Source of the DNA: Epiperipatus broadwayi
Lineage: Eukaryota; Animalia; Onychophora
Length of the DNA stretch: 64,000 bases
Assembly (NCBI GenBank): GCA_028023455.1
Contig: JAQFVV010000003.1
Coordinates: 19,096,001 to 19,160,000, forward strand
Direction: 5' to 3'
Shown here: piece after piece, positions 39,761-51,178 of the stretch
Numbering within the stretch: position 1 is the first letter of the stretch
How the letters are laid out: every line of letters begins with the position of its first letter
Program-made: the position numbers and the translations under genes
The notes under the pieces: model-generated
What the model saw: the letters and a program-made list of their open reading frames with translations, nothing else
Database searches by the model: none
Told to the model about the DNA's origin: nothing

Positions 39761-40864
39761 AAATGTATAAAAAACATAAATCTGATAATTGTAAAAGATG
39801 TCAAAAGGAATTAAGTTCATTATATAATCAGAGTTATTTTATGTTTATTGCTGTAATATTAAGTATTAATGTGAATTTAAATCCATATATTTCTCTACCA
39901 TTGTAATACAATAATTAAATAAAAAATCTGATTAGTGATATAATATTTGTGAAAAACTCATCCTATTGTAATAAATATTGTAAAAGAATTGGAACGTATA
40001 AGAAAATATGTTAATTAAAGCTGCGATTTGTAATTAAGTATGTATTAGCAAATCAGCTGTTGTTGTTTTTTTTTTTTTTTTTGAGAATTTCTTAAATCTC
40101 CTGTTAATATTTATTATATTTAGTATTCTACATGCAAATGTGAAGTGTGTGTATTACAAGGGAACTGCGATATTCGCTACATTTATTCCAAACCCCCCTT
40201 ATATCGTGGATAATAGCTCATGTCTTATTGATAAACTTTGATTTGAATAGAATACGTATTGTTTCTTAATTTACAAGTGTATAGAACTTTTCAACATATA
40301 CACATATGTACAAACACAAACATTGTGTAATATGCATATATAAATTAAGACTACAATATAAACAAAATTTTAAAAATATATATGTAGTTATTAATAATAA
40401 ATTGAAGGGACACATTTTCATATATTCAGTTGTATGTTCACTCATTTATTCATTGAAAAACTAAAAAAAACTTACTGCACCATAATTTTATTTTTTAAAT
40501 AATATGAATAGCAAATTGTCTGATTTTCATTGCAATTAAATATGGTCTGAGCGATATTTTTTGTTTTCAATAACTTCTTGATATCAAGAAATTATAATCT
40601 CTCTTTAAATCAGTATAACTGCACATCAAATTCAGAAAGAATAATAAAGGAGGAAAAAAATGTGTGTGCTTTCAATGTAAACCAATTGTACTGCACTCCG
40701 AGATGGAAAAACATTTATTGGTATATTGTAAAATTTATTTACAAATTTTATTCTTTTTTAAACATAATCACATACAGCACTGCTTATTTACATTTATGTT
40801 TGTATGTATATATATATTGAATAGTGTGTACTTGGAGTGTATATTGATACAGGTTAGTTCACAG

Positions 40865-40967
40865 TTTCATCGAATATGAAAGTACATTAATAATTATTAG
40901 TTGCTTAAATCATCAGTTTCATTGAATATGAGAATACATTAATAATTATTAGTTGCTTAAATCATCA
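40865..40967. repeat. ~52-bp tandem duplication
   Basis: tttcat.gaatatga.a.tacattaataattattagttgcttaaatcatca occurs twice. Confidence 0.85.
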
Positions 40968-43900
40968 TTTATACTTTTGATCACTCATGATGTATATATG
41001 ATGGAAAATGTAATTGATATCTCTTTGAGCTATGATAGAATTTAAATGTCTAGACCTTTATACCTGTATCATCTAATATATATTTGTTAAGCATTTATAG
41101 ATAGTTAGATTAAGCAATCATATAAAGGTTTTTACATTATGCATATAGTTTATGGTATTATTTTTTTTTTTTTGTCAATAATACCAATGACTAATGTTAT
41201 CCTATATTAGCTGTTTTACTTATCATTTACCTGCAAGCAGCTACAGCTTACAGGTGGGAAAATTCACAGTATTAAATGATAATGAATTAGATTAATAATT
41301 GAAGTTGATATTTTAATATATTTATTTTAGAAAAAGGTTTGTGTGCCATTAGCAAGCTTTAAAATGTGAATTTATAAATATGGTTTTTAATAATTAGATT
41401 GAATTTTTAAGCATCTTTTCATTGGTAATCTCTTCTGTAGCTAGCAACATGAAATCAATTTTTTATAAGACAGAGTTGAATAGTTTATTTTTTAAAACTG
41501 GATAGTGTCAGGTATTAAAAGCTTGAAGAGAAATAAAAATAATAAAGATAGTGCTAATTTTGTAATAAACTAAGATTTAATGCTTCAACGGAGATAAAGT
41601 TAAACAACAATATCTAAATTATTAATCTTTCTGTTAGATTTGTCTGGGCATCACTAACCAGTAGTGCAGAAGTTTAACAATCAACTCTTTGTTGTGATTT
41701 AAAGTACCTGTAGTATTTTGGATTATTGAGTCCTAGTAAAAAAAACAATATAATAGAGATAGCTTCTTATGTAACCATGACATTTTTTTCACATATGTTC
41801 TGGTAAAGGATATGAATTAAACAATAGTGCCATCCTTATTTATTATTTATAAAATATTTTCCATATCTGCATTTACAGGATGTAGATCAAGTGATTATTG
41901 TATTGTAACTGTTAATGTTATTTGATTACCGTTGTTCACTTCGTTTGTATATCAATTTTTTTTTTTTTAATCTGTAATAATGATTTCCTTCATAGTGCAT
42001 TTATAGCAATAATTGTGCTCTTTCTGAATTGACTGTAGAAATCAATCATATAAACAAGTAAAATCTCCAGAAATGTTATTGAAAAATGAAATCATACAAG
42101 ACAAAAATGAAATTAAAATGGACAATTAATAAAATGTTTATATTTTTTTTTAACTTGGATGGTCAATAAATTATCTATTCCTGTCTTTTGCTTCAAACTA
42201 TAAAAGTGGCATTGAATTGTATTTGCAGCATATTCATATTTATTTAAAGAAGTTTTGCACTGAAAACATAATAATAGATTATATCCTGAAGTCAGACATT
42301 TTTTTCATGATAAGGTACATCAGTTTTTTTTGTTTTTTTTACATGGATTGTATCTGCTTATATAAGATATTAGTAGAGCCTGAAAATCTTTTAAAGACAT
42401 TTAATGTGCTTTTTTTTAAATGTCTTTGGCTATAATTAATAGAGCACAAAAGAAATACTACAAAATTCTTGTTATTTAATGAATAAATATTAGTTCATTT
42501 TCTCTAAATATAAGCTGGCTTCTTTTAAGTGAAAAGTAATTTTTAATACTGGAGTAAGATATTTTTTATAGATGTATTTAATAATTCCATCCCACTACAC
42601 TTTCTTGGTACGAATACATGATGTAGTCAAATGATAATATAGCCTCATATATGTGAGAAACTGAATGAATTACATTAATGGAGCAGCTTTGCCCATCTTT
42701 CACAATTATCTATTTTATCACATAATTATATCTGGGCAAATGTTTAGAACAGGAACTTATATATAGTCTTAAATTAAGATTTAGCATTCAAATTTTTGAT
42801 ATTATGAAAAAAAAATTGATTAACTTTGAAATAATCTGAGAAAAGTAATTTACTCTAATACCTTTAAATAAATATGAAATAAAATTTACAAATTCAACAG
42901 AGTGAATATGGAAAATATGCTTTTGCAATAATAAATTAACACTATTGGTTATTTAAATATTAGATAGCTGGATCAAAGTGACTTTTTAAATGATCATGTA
43001 AGCAAGTTTTCAAGAATGATTTATCATATGCTTGATTCAATGATTTAGTATTCTGCAATCTGAACAAAATATTAGATAAAAATTATAAAATTGGAATTCA
43101 TATATTTCGCTTATGCCCTCACCACAAGTCAGCTTTTAGTCAGGCATTGTATCGTACTTTATCATTGCTCTGAATTATTTGTTAAAATATTCCCAAAGCA
43201 TAAAAGTTAATGACAATGGCAATTCTTTTTGGTAAAATGAAAAAAAAAGGTCATGTGCTAAACACATTTACATACAATTTGAATGTATGCTTATTTTGCA
43301 TGCATATGTTTAATGAAAAGCTGTTTTATTTTTTTCTTAATTTAGTTGAGTGCATGTCGAGCACCATAACTAATCATAGTTTTCATGTTTCATATTATTG
43401 CAGCAATGAAACATGATTTATGATTATAGTGCTTGACACCAAAAGTGCATTCAGCTAAATTAAGAAAAAAAAAAAAACTTTTGTAAAATATACACACATA
43501 TGTGGGCAAAAGAATTACATATACAAGCAAAGGGAAAAATTAATATTACACGTAAATATATAGTATGTGAATATTCTCTTTCGATTTATTATTATTCTGT
43601 CTTTCATTTGTGTTATGTGTATAATTTTTAAATTAAATTTTATCATTGGTGTATATATTTATATTAAAAATGTATACCATATTGTAACCAGTTGGGTTAC
43701 ATAACACACTAATATAGTGTATGTGAATATATATATATGTAAAATAAAGGAAAAGTAGAAATAAACACAGAATAAATTTTTGTAGATATTTTTCTATATT
43801 TTCTAAAATAAAATAATAATAAGTAATGGGTTAAATAACTCTGGGCTTAAAATAAAATGTTATTGTGAAATAAGTATTTTAAAAATGTCTGATAAATAAT

Positions 43901-45744
43901 ATTTGTAATTCTGATTTTGAAATTAAAAAAAAAATGCATAATTTATTTTTTAAAATCTTTTAATTAATACTTGTATAAAATATCTTTTTTAATTAATGCT
44001 TATTTGCATTTCTACTACCTAGTTAAAAATCTTTGTATATTAAAAATTCTAAAGGATTATCACACTTTTGGTCAAATTCCAAAGATTAAAGTAAAAACAT
44101 GAATATCACACTTTGACAGAAATTTCCAGCTTGTTTTCAAAAGGATTAAAGTTAATTGAAAACAGTCACTATGTTGTTATCACCTCAGACGATTTTATAA
44201 AACGACTGATAAAAAATATCAGTCATTCTGGATAATGATTTTTGAAGAGAGCAGCCTTGATAGTTTTTTGTAAGAAGGGTCAGCTGAAATGTTGGTTACA
44301 ATATTTTGTTGCAGCTTGTTGAAGTTTGCAGCAGTTGGTTTCAGCTGACTGTAGAGTTGGCAGTCTACCTACCATGAACTGATATAGCTGAAGGCAGGAC
44401 ATTAGATTCCGGAACTGCTATTGTTTTCCTTTGCAGGAGTTTGAATTTACATGGAGAAAATGACCCACTTCTTTGTGCTGAAATTCATAGCCTTAAATGT
44501 GGAGAGGACAGTTGCTTGTCTGAAATCCATCAAATTAAGACGGTTGCTTGCCTAGAATAATCCTAGATGGAAAGAGATCAGCTACAGACCAACATTTTAC
44601 ATGGCTATTTTTCCTGATGATCAATCGCTAAAACCAAACTCCCCAAGAAAAATCTTCCAGCTTGCCCAGAGAATCCCAGCCGGCTGAAGAACTAATTACA
44701 TGGATGCTGCGTCAGCAGAGAAACACGGATAAACGTATATACAGCTGGTAGTTAGTAGCGTTATATATGATAACAAAGTTTTAAATAATTTCCTTAGTAA
44801 AATGACATTTTTATAACTGATAGAAATATATAAAACGATATTAGTTTAAAATCGTTTATTAAAGAAGAAAAAACTGTTTAAAGTTATATTTATAATTTAG
44901 AGAGAAAAAAAGTATGGATAAGAAAAAGATTTCCAAAAATCTTTTTGACTAGGAAAAGAAAGACATTTTAAATCAATTAACTGTCAAAAATTTGGCAATT
45001 CTTATTTTAAAGTAAAAGACTAATTCATCAAAGAGAAGTAAATTGCGACAATAATCTTTAATAATTTTATTGTGATAAATACAAATGTTATGTAGATAAA
45101 TTAATGTTTCGCACGTCTGTGCAAATTATATATACGTGTTTCAGTAAACTTAGTATGTAAAATGTATTTCATTTAACTGAAACTTTAATCATTTATTGTA
45201 TTTTTATATAATTTTAGATTTTGATAATTATTTTATAACAAGTCAAATATGTTCAGAAAATTCACGCACATGCACATATGTGTGCATATATATGTCAGTT
45301 GTATTGTAAATAACAGGGTGTGTCAGATAGACACTTATATGTAAAATTTTGATCATTTTTTAAAAATTAAATGTCAATTCAAACATGTTTATTTTGTATC
45401 AAGCCACATGCTTGTGTGCTGAATGGGTTTTAAATAAACCTAATGTATTAATCATGTAAATCAATATAAAAATTTTAGTGTGTATATAATTATGTATACT
45501 TTTCAAAATCAGAACCCTTATAAGACCTTAATTCATTTTTTTATTGTTATTAATAAACTTATTTAATTGTTAAAAATTGTTTCCATCATCTCTTGGTCAC
45601 ATACAGTAATAGAGCTCATGTTCTCTGAGCTAGATTCGTGCACGGGATGAATATATAAATGGCGGTGTGTATTTAGTGCTTTTGGGCATTCAGGGATGAT
45701 CAATCATCATCATCCTGATTGGCACATAAGATTATATTCTTTAA

Positions 45745-46210
45745 AGCCCATGCACTATCTTTTATTTTAGTTTAGCCTTATTAGGAGTTAAGTTTATGGT
45801 TGGCCAGTACATGTGGCCAGAGCCTAGATGATGATCAGTATGTTTTAAATGTCCCAGCATTATTGTTTTGATTTCTGATTATTGTGTATTTTAATGGATG
45901 AGCACTAAACTGGTGCATCCAAGTTATGTTTAAATAATTGGCAAAGGCTCAATAGTTAGCCTGGTCTACAGAAGACCCATTTTCAATCCAGTCCAGATTC
46001 ACTGTTGATTTACTGTATTGATTTATTGTACTGATTTGTTTATTTCCATCAATGATGATAATGGATGGTTATTTTTTCGAGTATTTACTTGTACTTATTT
46101 TTTAAATTATAGTGCTGGTGGATTTATAGTTGCTCTGCTGATCTCTCAGAGATTTTGTATTTACTTGGTGTGATGATGATTTTTCGTCACTCCAGGTTCA
46201 GTCCATTTTC
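45745..46210. repeat. Uninterrupted paralogue of 33890-35050
   Basis: catgcactat.ttttatttagtttag...gcatccaa.ttat..ttaaataattgg...gcctggtcta...tagtgctggtg...ccaggttca. Confidence 0.75.
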
Positions 46211-47268
46211 CTTCTTTTTCCCATTACCCCCATCCCCTTACAATGTAGAGTATTATTCGTGTTTTCTAGCATTTCTGTGAAGGCTTGTAACCAAATGCTA
46301 TAGATTTAATAGGGATTATTATAAATGATTTTATATTAATTTTTTTGTATATCAGATACCATAATACACATTAGCTTTTGAGTTTTGTTTTTTTTTTTTT
46401 TTCAATTTTTGAATGTTTTTTTTTTATTTTATGTGATTTAGCTAAAAAAATATTAAATCCTGCAAATGAAATTGATGGTACACTGAAAAGTCTATATAAA
46501 ACAGATATCATGGTCAAACTTGATAATTTAGATTGACTTTCATTGTTGCACTTTAGATTATATTGTAAAAAAAATTTTAAAAAAAAAAAGTGCAGCAAAA
46601 GCAGATATTTATTATTGTAATTAAACAAATTATAATTTTAAAACTAGTACTCCATGGCAAAATTTTAATAATATATATAAAGTTTTATTTATTTTTTATT
46701 AAACTGTTACTAAGATTGACTGAGAATTCATAGAAATCTGTTGTGTTACTTTTTTTTATCTAACTTTCAAGTTCTCCTTAAAGAAATGACATTTGATTCT
46801 TTACATTTTACTTAGTATGTTATTAAACAGTAGGATTTTTTTTCTTTTGCTAGAACAGCTTGTTTGTATTTAGATATTTTTTTCCCCCATTGAGAAAAAA
46901 TGAGAGAAAAAATAGGTGAACAAATTTGTTAAACCATTTAAAATAGAAAAGTTAAGCAGATCCACAATAACCTAGGTGATGGTTGTGACATCAGAGCTTG
47001 ATGGATTTTTGTTATAATTATCCACCTAAAGATAAAAAAAATAAATTTCAAGCCATTTTAGTAAACTGCAATATTACTATTAATAATCCATGGCTGTCAG
47101 AAAATGGCATTACCAAGCTATTTAAAAAAGAGTCTGAACACATTTTAAATAGTTATATTACACCATAAAGAAGAATTTGAACTCAGATTTTCATGCACCC
47201 TCCATCTATTCACACTATCTCATATAACTGACACACATGACCACACATGTAGAAAAGATAAATAATCA

Positions 47269-47310
47269 CCAATATACATATTTCGTGTTAAACCAGCATT
47301 CATCATTTGG
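47269..47310 (-). ncRNA. Degenerate hammerhead A1
   Basis: Minus strand CCAA-ATGATGA-atgctggtttaacac-GAAA-T-ATGT-A-TA-TTGG. C3 is mutated and stem II is mismatched. Confidence 0.7.
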
Positions 47311-47745
47311 TCCAGAATATCATCTCCCACACACATATATATAAACAGTGCTCAGTTTATATTAAGATAGCAAATATTCATACTTTAATGGACAGGCTTC
47401 AATCTACTCCAGCCTCCAACTTTTCAGCCATCCATGTCATTGAAAATTTGATTATGAAAACCCAAACCCCATGCTGATGCCAATATTATTGCCATGCCCA
47501 TGTTGACCAAGTCACTCTGATCCCTCATGTATAGGACCTTATCCATTTAAATACATAGAAGAGGGCTGGGCAGGATACAAGCTTGATGTGTAAATATTTG
47601 AAAACCAGGCACTCTTCACAAACCTGGAGCTTAACTATAAGTATAGGAAATTTGAACTCAGATTTTCAAGCACCCTCCATCAATCCACACTATCTCATAC
47701 AACTGATACACATGACCACACACATGTACAAAAGATAAATAATCA

Positions 47746-47787
47746 CCAATATACGTATTTTGTGCTAAACCAGCACTCATCAATTGA
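47746..47787 (-). ncRNA. Degenerate hammerhead A2
   Basis: Minus strand TCAA-TTGATGA-GTGCT-ggttt-AGCAC-AAAA-T-ACGT-A-TA-TTGG. Stem II is perfect, but C3 and G12 are mutated. Confidence 0.75.
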
Positions 47788-47833
47788 TCCAGATTATCAT
47801 CTCCCACATATGTGTGGGAGATGATAATCTGGA

Positions 47834-47869
47834 CCAACTGATGAGTATAGCATGAAATACATATATTGG
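47834..47869 (+). ncRNA. Hammerhead A3, core intact, stem II shortened
   Basis: CCAA-CTGATGA-gtatagcat-GAAA-T-ACAT-A-TA-TTGG. Predicted AUA cleavage after 47865. Confidence 0.75.
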
Positions 47870-49147
47870 TGATTATTTATCTTTTCTACATGTGTGTGGT
47901 CATGTGTACCAGTTGTATGAGATAGTGTGGATAGATGGAGGGTGCTTGAAAATCTGAGTTCAAATTCTCTGTACTTCCAGTTTAACTCCAGGTTTGTGAA
48001 GAGTGCCTGATTTTCAAATATTTACACATAAAGCTTCTATCCTGCTTATCCCTCTTCTATGTATTTGAATGGATAATGTCCTATACATCAGAGGTCAGAA
48101 TGACTTGAGTCAACATGGGCATGGCAATAATATTGGCATTAACATGGGATTTGGATTTTTATCAGATTTTCAATGATATGGATAGCTGAAAAGTTGGAGG
48201 TTGGAGTAGATTGTAACCTGCCCATTAAAGTATGAAGATTTGCTATCTTAATATAAACTGAGCACTGATTATATATGTGTGTGGGAGATGATAATCTGGA
48301 CCAACTGATGAGTGCTGGTGATTATTTATCTTTTTTACACGTGTGTGGTCATGTATATCAGTTGTATGAGATAGTGTGGATAGATGGAGGGTGTTTGAAA
48401 ATCTGAGTTCAAATTTCCTAGGTTTGTGAAGAATGCCTGGTTTTCAAATATTTATGATAAAAAAGAGAAAAAAATTGCTGCTATAAATAGATTTAGGAAT
48501 TGTGAATTTTGGAAGACTAGTCCCTCTTTTCTACTTTCATATAGCCAGGGTTATTAATCTTACAATAAGATCATAAACTTGTATTCTGATGTGCAGGATT
48601 TATCAATGGTATTAATATTACTTTTGAAAATATATATGATAGATACAGTATCTTGCCATGTTTTACTGTTTTTTTTGATAGCAGTAATCTAATTCACATC
48701 ATTCTGCTTCTGAGTCATATGTTTAAGTATGAGAACTTAATGTTCTGTGTTATTGTGAAACACTTAATAGTGCTGGTGTCTGGCTCTTAATTATTCCTGC
48801 TTACATGGGTGGCTCAAAGGGAAAGGGATATGAATTATTGATATAAAAATAATTGAATGATTCATTGTGTGGATGTTTATAAACAGTTCAAACATTTGTA
48901 GACATTGTGCTCGAAAATCCACAACTCTACCCCTACACTAAACCATGCAGAGAAATTACTGTCATCAAATGCTGATTTATTGAAACTAGAGGAAGAATAA
49001 TGTTACTTTCCTATGATATTTAATGATTGTTATTGCATGTTTACTATTTATGTTATTGCTTTTTTTATTTAATATTTGTTTTTGTGTATGTGTAAATTTG
49101 AATTACAAACTCAATATATATATATTTAATTTGTTATTTCTTTTCAG

Positions 49148-49174
49148 ATTTGATGAATCTTATAAGAGAGAGAG
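49148..49174 (+). other. 5' UTR portion of the coding exon, after a splice acceptor
   Basis: ttgttatttcttttcAG ends at 49147. In-frame stops (tga tga, taa) lie between the acceptor and the ATG at 49175, so the upstream intron is in the 5' UTR. Confidence 0.6.
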
Positions 49175-50953
49175 ATGGAAGAGCATCCTCATGAAAATAT
49201 TTCATTACTTCATTTTCTTAATTTGCTGAAAAATTCTAGAGATAAAACAGGAATCAGCATTTCCGATTTGGAAAAACACTTAAACAATACGCCAGATACT
49301 ATTAAAAGAGATATTGAAAATTATGGATGCATTCATAATTTTTTGTTAACACATAATGACATTTTTACAATTGTTAAAGATAAAGTTGTCTTAGCTTCAG
49401 ATTTGAATGTAAATTCATCATCTGGAAACACTGAAGGTTCATCACTATTGGTCAATCTTTTGATCAAAGAGTTGACCCAAAATAATAGTTTGACACTTTT
49501 TAATATCTTAAATTTAAAAAATGAACTTCCATTGGCAGAAAAGGAAAAATTGGGTAAGGGGGTAAAAGATTTATTGAAGTTTTTTGAAGAAAATTATTTA
49601 CTTTTTAGAGTATCAAGAAATAAACAGGTTTATTTACGTTCAACTTGTGAACAAAAACTTTTGGAAAAAATAATAAAAAATTTTTCATGTCATAAAATGT
49701 TATTGGAAGAATTGATTAAATATTTACAGCAATATTTCACTGAAGTTGAAAAAGAGCAAATAGGTTTATTAAGTGGTAATATAAGAAATTTTATAACAGA
49801 TAATTATAATGTTTTTTATTTAGATAAAGATAAAGTTTATTTAAGAAATGTATTAACCAAAAATGAAACATTCTCTACAGATTTAAAAACATCAGTTTCA
49901 AATTCTAAGTATTACGGCCATGGGAAAATTATAGAGCTATGGAAAAATTTTGGCCTAATTTTAAGAAAAGAAGATTTTGTATATTTTGATACTAATGCCA
50001 TTAAACAAAATGATGATTTTAATCTTGGCAATGTTTTTGAGATTGGAGATGAAGTTCATTATGAAGCTATCAGCTGTTCTTACTTTATTAGAGATGGAAA
50101 TGAGAAGTGCTATAATGCTAAATTTCAAGCCATTTCTATATCATCTTACATCTCAAAAAGCCCTTTAAACTGTCATGATGAAATAGAGAATATTGATTTA
50201 AAAAATATAGAAATATCACCCAGAAATAGTATTCACTCTTTTCATTCAATTGAGTCAAGAAAACCAATCACAATTAACAATTTTTCTGGTAATGTATTAA
50301 TTTTAAGTCATTTATATGGTATTATTCAAACTGGCAATTCCTTTTGTGATAATATTTTATTTTCCTCCAACATCTGTTTTTACAACCAGGAAAAAATCTA
50401 TAATCTTTTTAACGTTCTCAAAGATAATGATGTTGTTCACTTTGATGCTATCTGTACAACCCATGAAAAATCATTTAAATGGCAAGCAATAATTGTTTGG
50501 ATTGGTGAAAAACCCCAACACAATAATTCTAAACTATCATTTAGTCTTGAATCTCCCAAATTTTTAAGAAGGATTTCAAGCCCTAAAGTGACTAATGATA
50601 GTCTAATAGATTTATTTGATTCAAGCTATGAAATGACTAAATCCCAATATCCATATTTTGATTTGAGCAGTCATGTTTCTTTACAAGAATCTCATAGTGG
50701 TTATTGCTCTCTTTCTCATCACAGTGCTGCAGAAGATTTATTAGGTATTTCCTATCCCAATACATCTGATCCTTCTCTTAAATCTTTTTATTATAATGGT
50801 TCAGATGATTATCTTGAAAGTTTTTCAAAATCTGCATTAAAAAATTGCCCGTCATCAAATCTTGATTCTGAAAATTATAATGACTTTTTTATAGATGCTG
50901 AGTGTCAAACTTTGTCAACAGGAGATATTTTAAGTTTTAAATTTTTTCACTAA
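49175..50953 (+). CDS. Egalitarian-related protein: 3 winged-helix repeats + 2 cold-shock/OB-like folds + Ser-rich linker + LC8-binding-like tail
   Basis: Uninterrupted 592-aa ORF. Repeats end HNFLLTHNDIFTIVKDKVVL / KFFEENYLLFRVSRNKQVYL / RNFITDNYNVFYLDKDKVYL. Two OB-like units (GKIIELWKNFGLI..VYF..GDEVHYEA; GNVLILSHLYGII..ILF..NDVVHFDA..KWQAIIVWIGEKP). C-terminal IDAECQTLSTGDI. Confidence 0.85.
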   Translation: MEEHPHENISLLHFLNLLKNSRDKTGISISDLEKHLNNTPDTIKRDIENYGCIHNFLLTHNDIFTIVKDKVVLASDLNVNSSSGNTEGSSLLVNLLIKELTQNNSLTLFNILNLKNELPLAEKEKLGKGVKDLLKFFEENYLLFRVSRNKQVYLRSTCEQKLLEKIIKNFSCHKMLLEELIKYLQQYFTEVEKEQIGLLSGNIRNFITDNYNVFYLDKDKVYLRNVLTKNETFSTDLKTSVSNSKYYGHGKIIELWKNFGLILRKEDFVYFDTNAIKQNDDFNLGNVFEIGDEVHYEAISCSYFIRDGNEKCYNAKFQAISISSYISKSPLNCHDEIENIDLKNIEISPRNSIHSFHSIESRKPITINNFSGNVLILSHLYGIIQTGNSFCDNILFSSNICFYNQEKIYNLFNVLKDNDVVHFDAICTTHEKSFKWQAIIVWIGEKPQHNNSKLSFSLESPKFLRRISSPKVTNDSLIDLFDSSYEMTKSQYPYFDLSSHVSLQESHSGYCSLSHHSAAEDLLGISYPNTSDPSLKSFYYNGSDDYLESFSKSALKNCPSSNLDSENYNDFFIDAECQTLSTGDILSFKFFH

Positions 50954-51018
50954 ATATTTATATTTTTGGAAAGATTATCGTAAATTTTAAAAAAAAGTCA
51001 TTGTACAATATAGTTTTT

Positions 51019-51024
51019 AATAAA
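51019..51024 (+). promoter_or_regulatory. Candidate polyadenylation signal AATAAA
   Basis: First AATAAA, ~65 nt after the stop codon. AATAAA is common in AT-rich DNA. Confidence 0.4.
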
Positions 51025-51178
51025 AATTATTTTAAGAAAGATTTTTATTGTCATGTTTTTTTTTTCTGAATCCTGAAAAAAAAAAAAACCCCAGTGATAC
51101 AATATTTTATATAAAGGAAATAGATTCAAATAACTTCATATAACTATTGTCTAAAAACTTCTTACATGTATCAGTTTT

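Larger units (their letters stand above)
47170..48455. mobile_element. Palindrome of tandem ~475-bp hammerhead-containing monomers (family A; retrozyme/PLE-pLTR-like)
   Basis: Centre at 47810/47811 (ctcccacata|tgtgtgggag, no spacer). Each arm holds ~1.3 monomers. aatttgaactcagatttt recurs 475 bp apart, and HHR motifs face outward in both arms. Confidence 0.9.

Noticed and set aside
45100-45160. TCAGT initiator plus GTATGT donor as first exon of the Egl-like gene
   Set aside because: Such motifs occur often by chance, and the implied exon is implausibly short without transcript data.
49023-49229. 68-aa hydrophobic ORF as a signal peptide for the 592-aa gene
   Set aside because: Different frame, and it runs through the T-rich intron end and acceptor.
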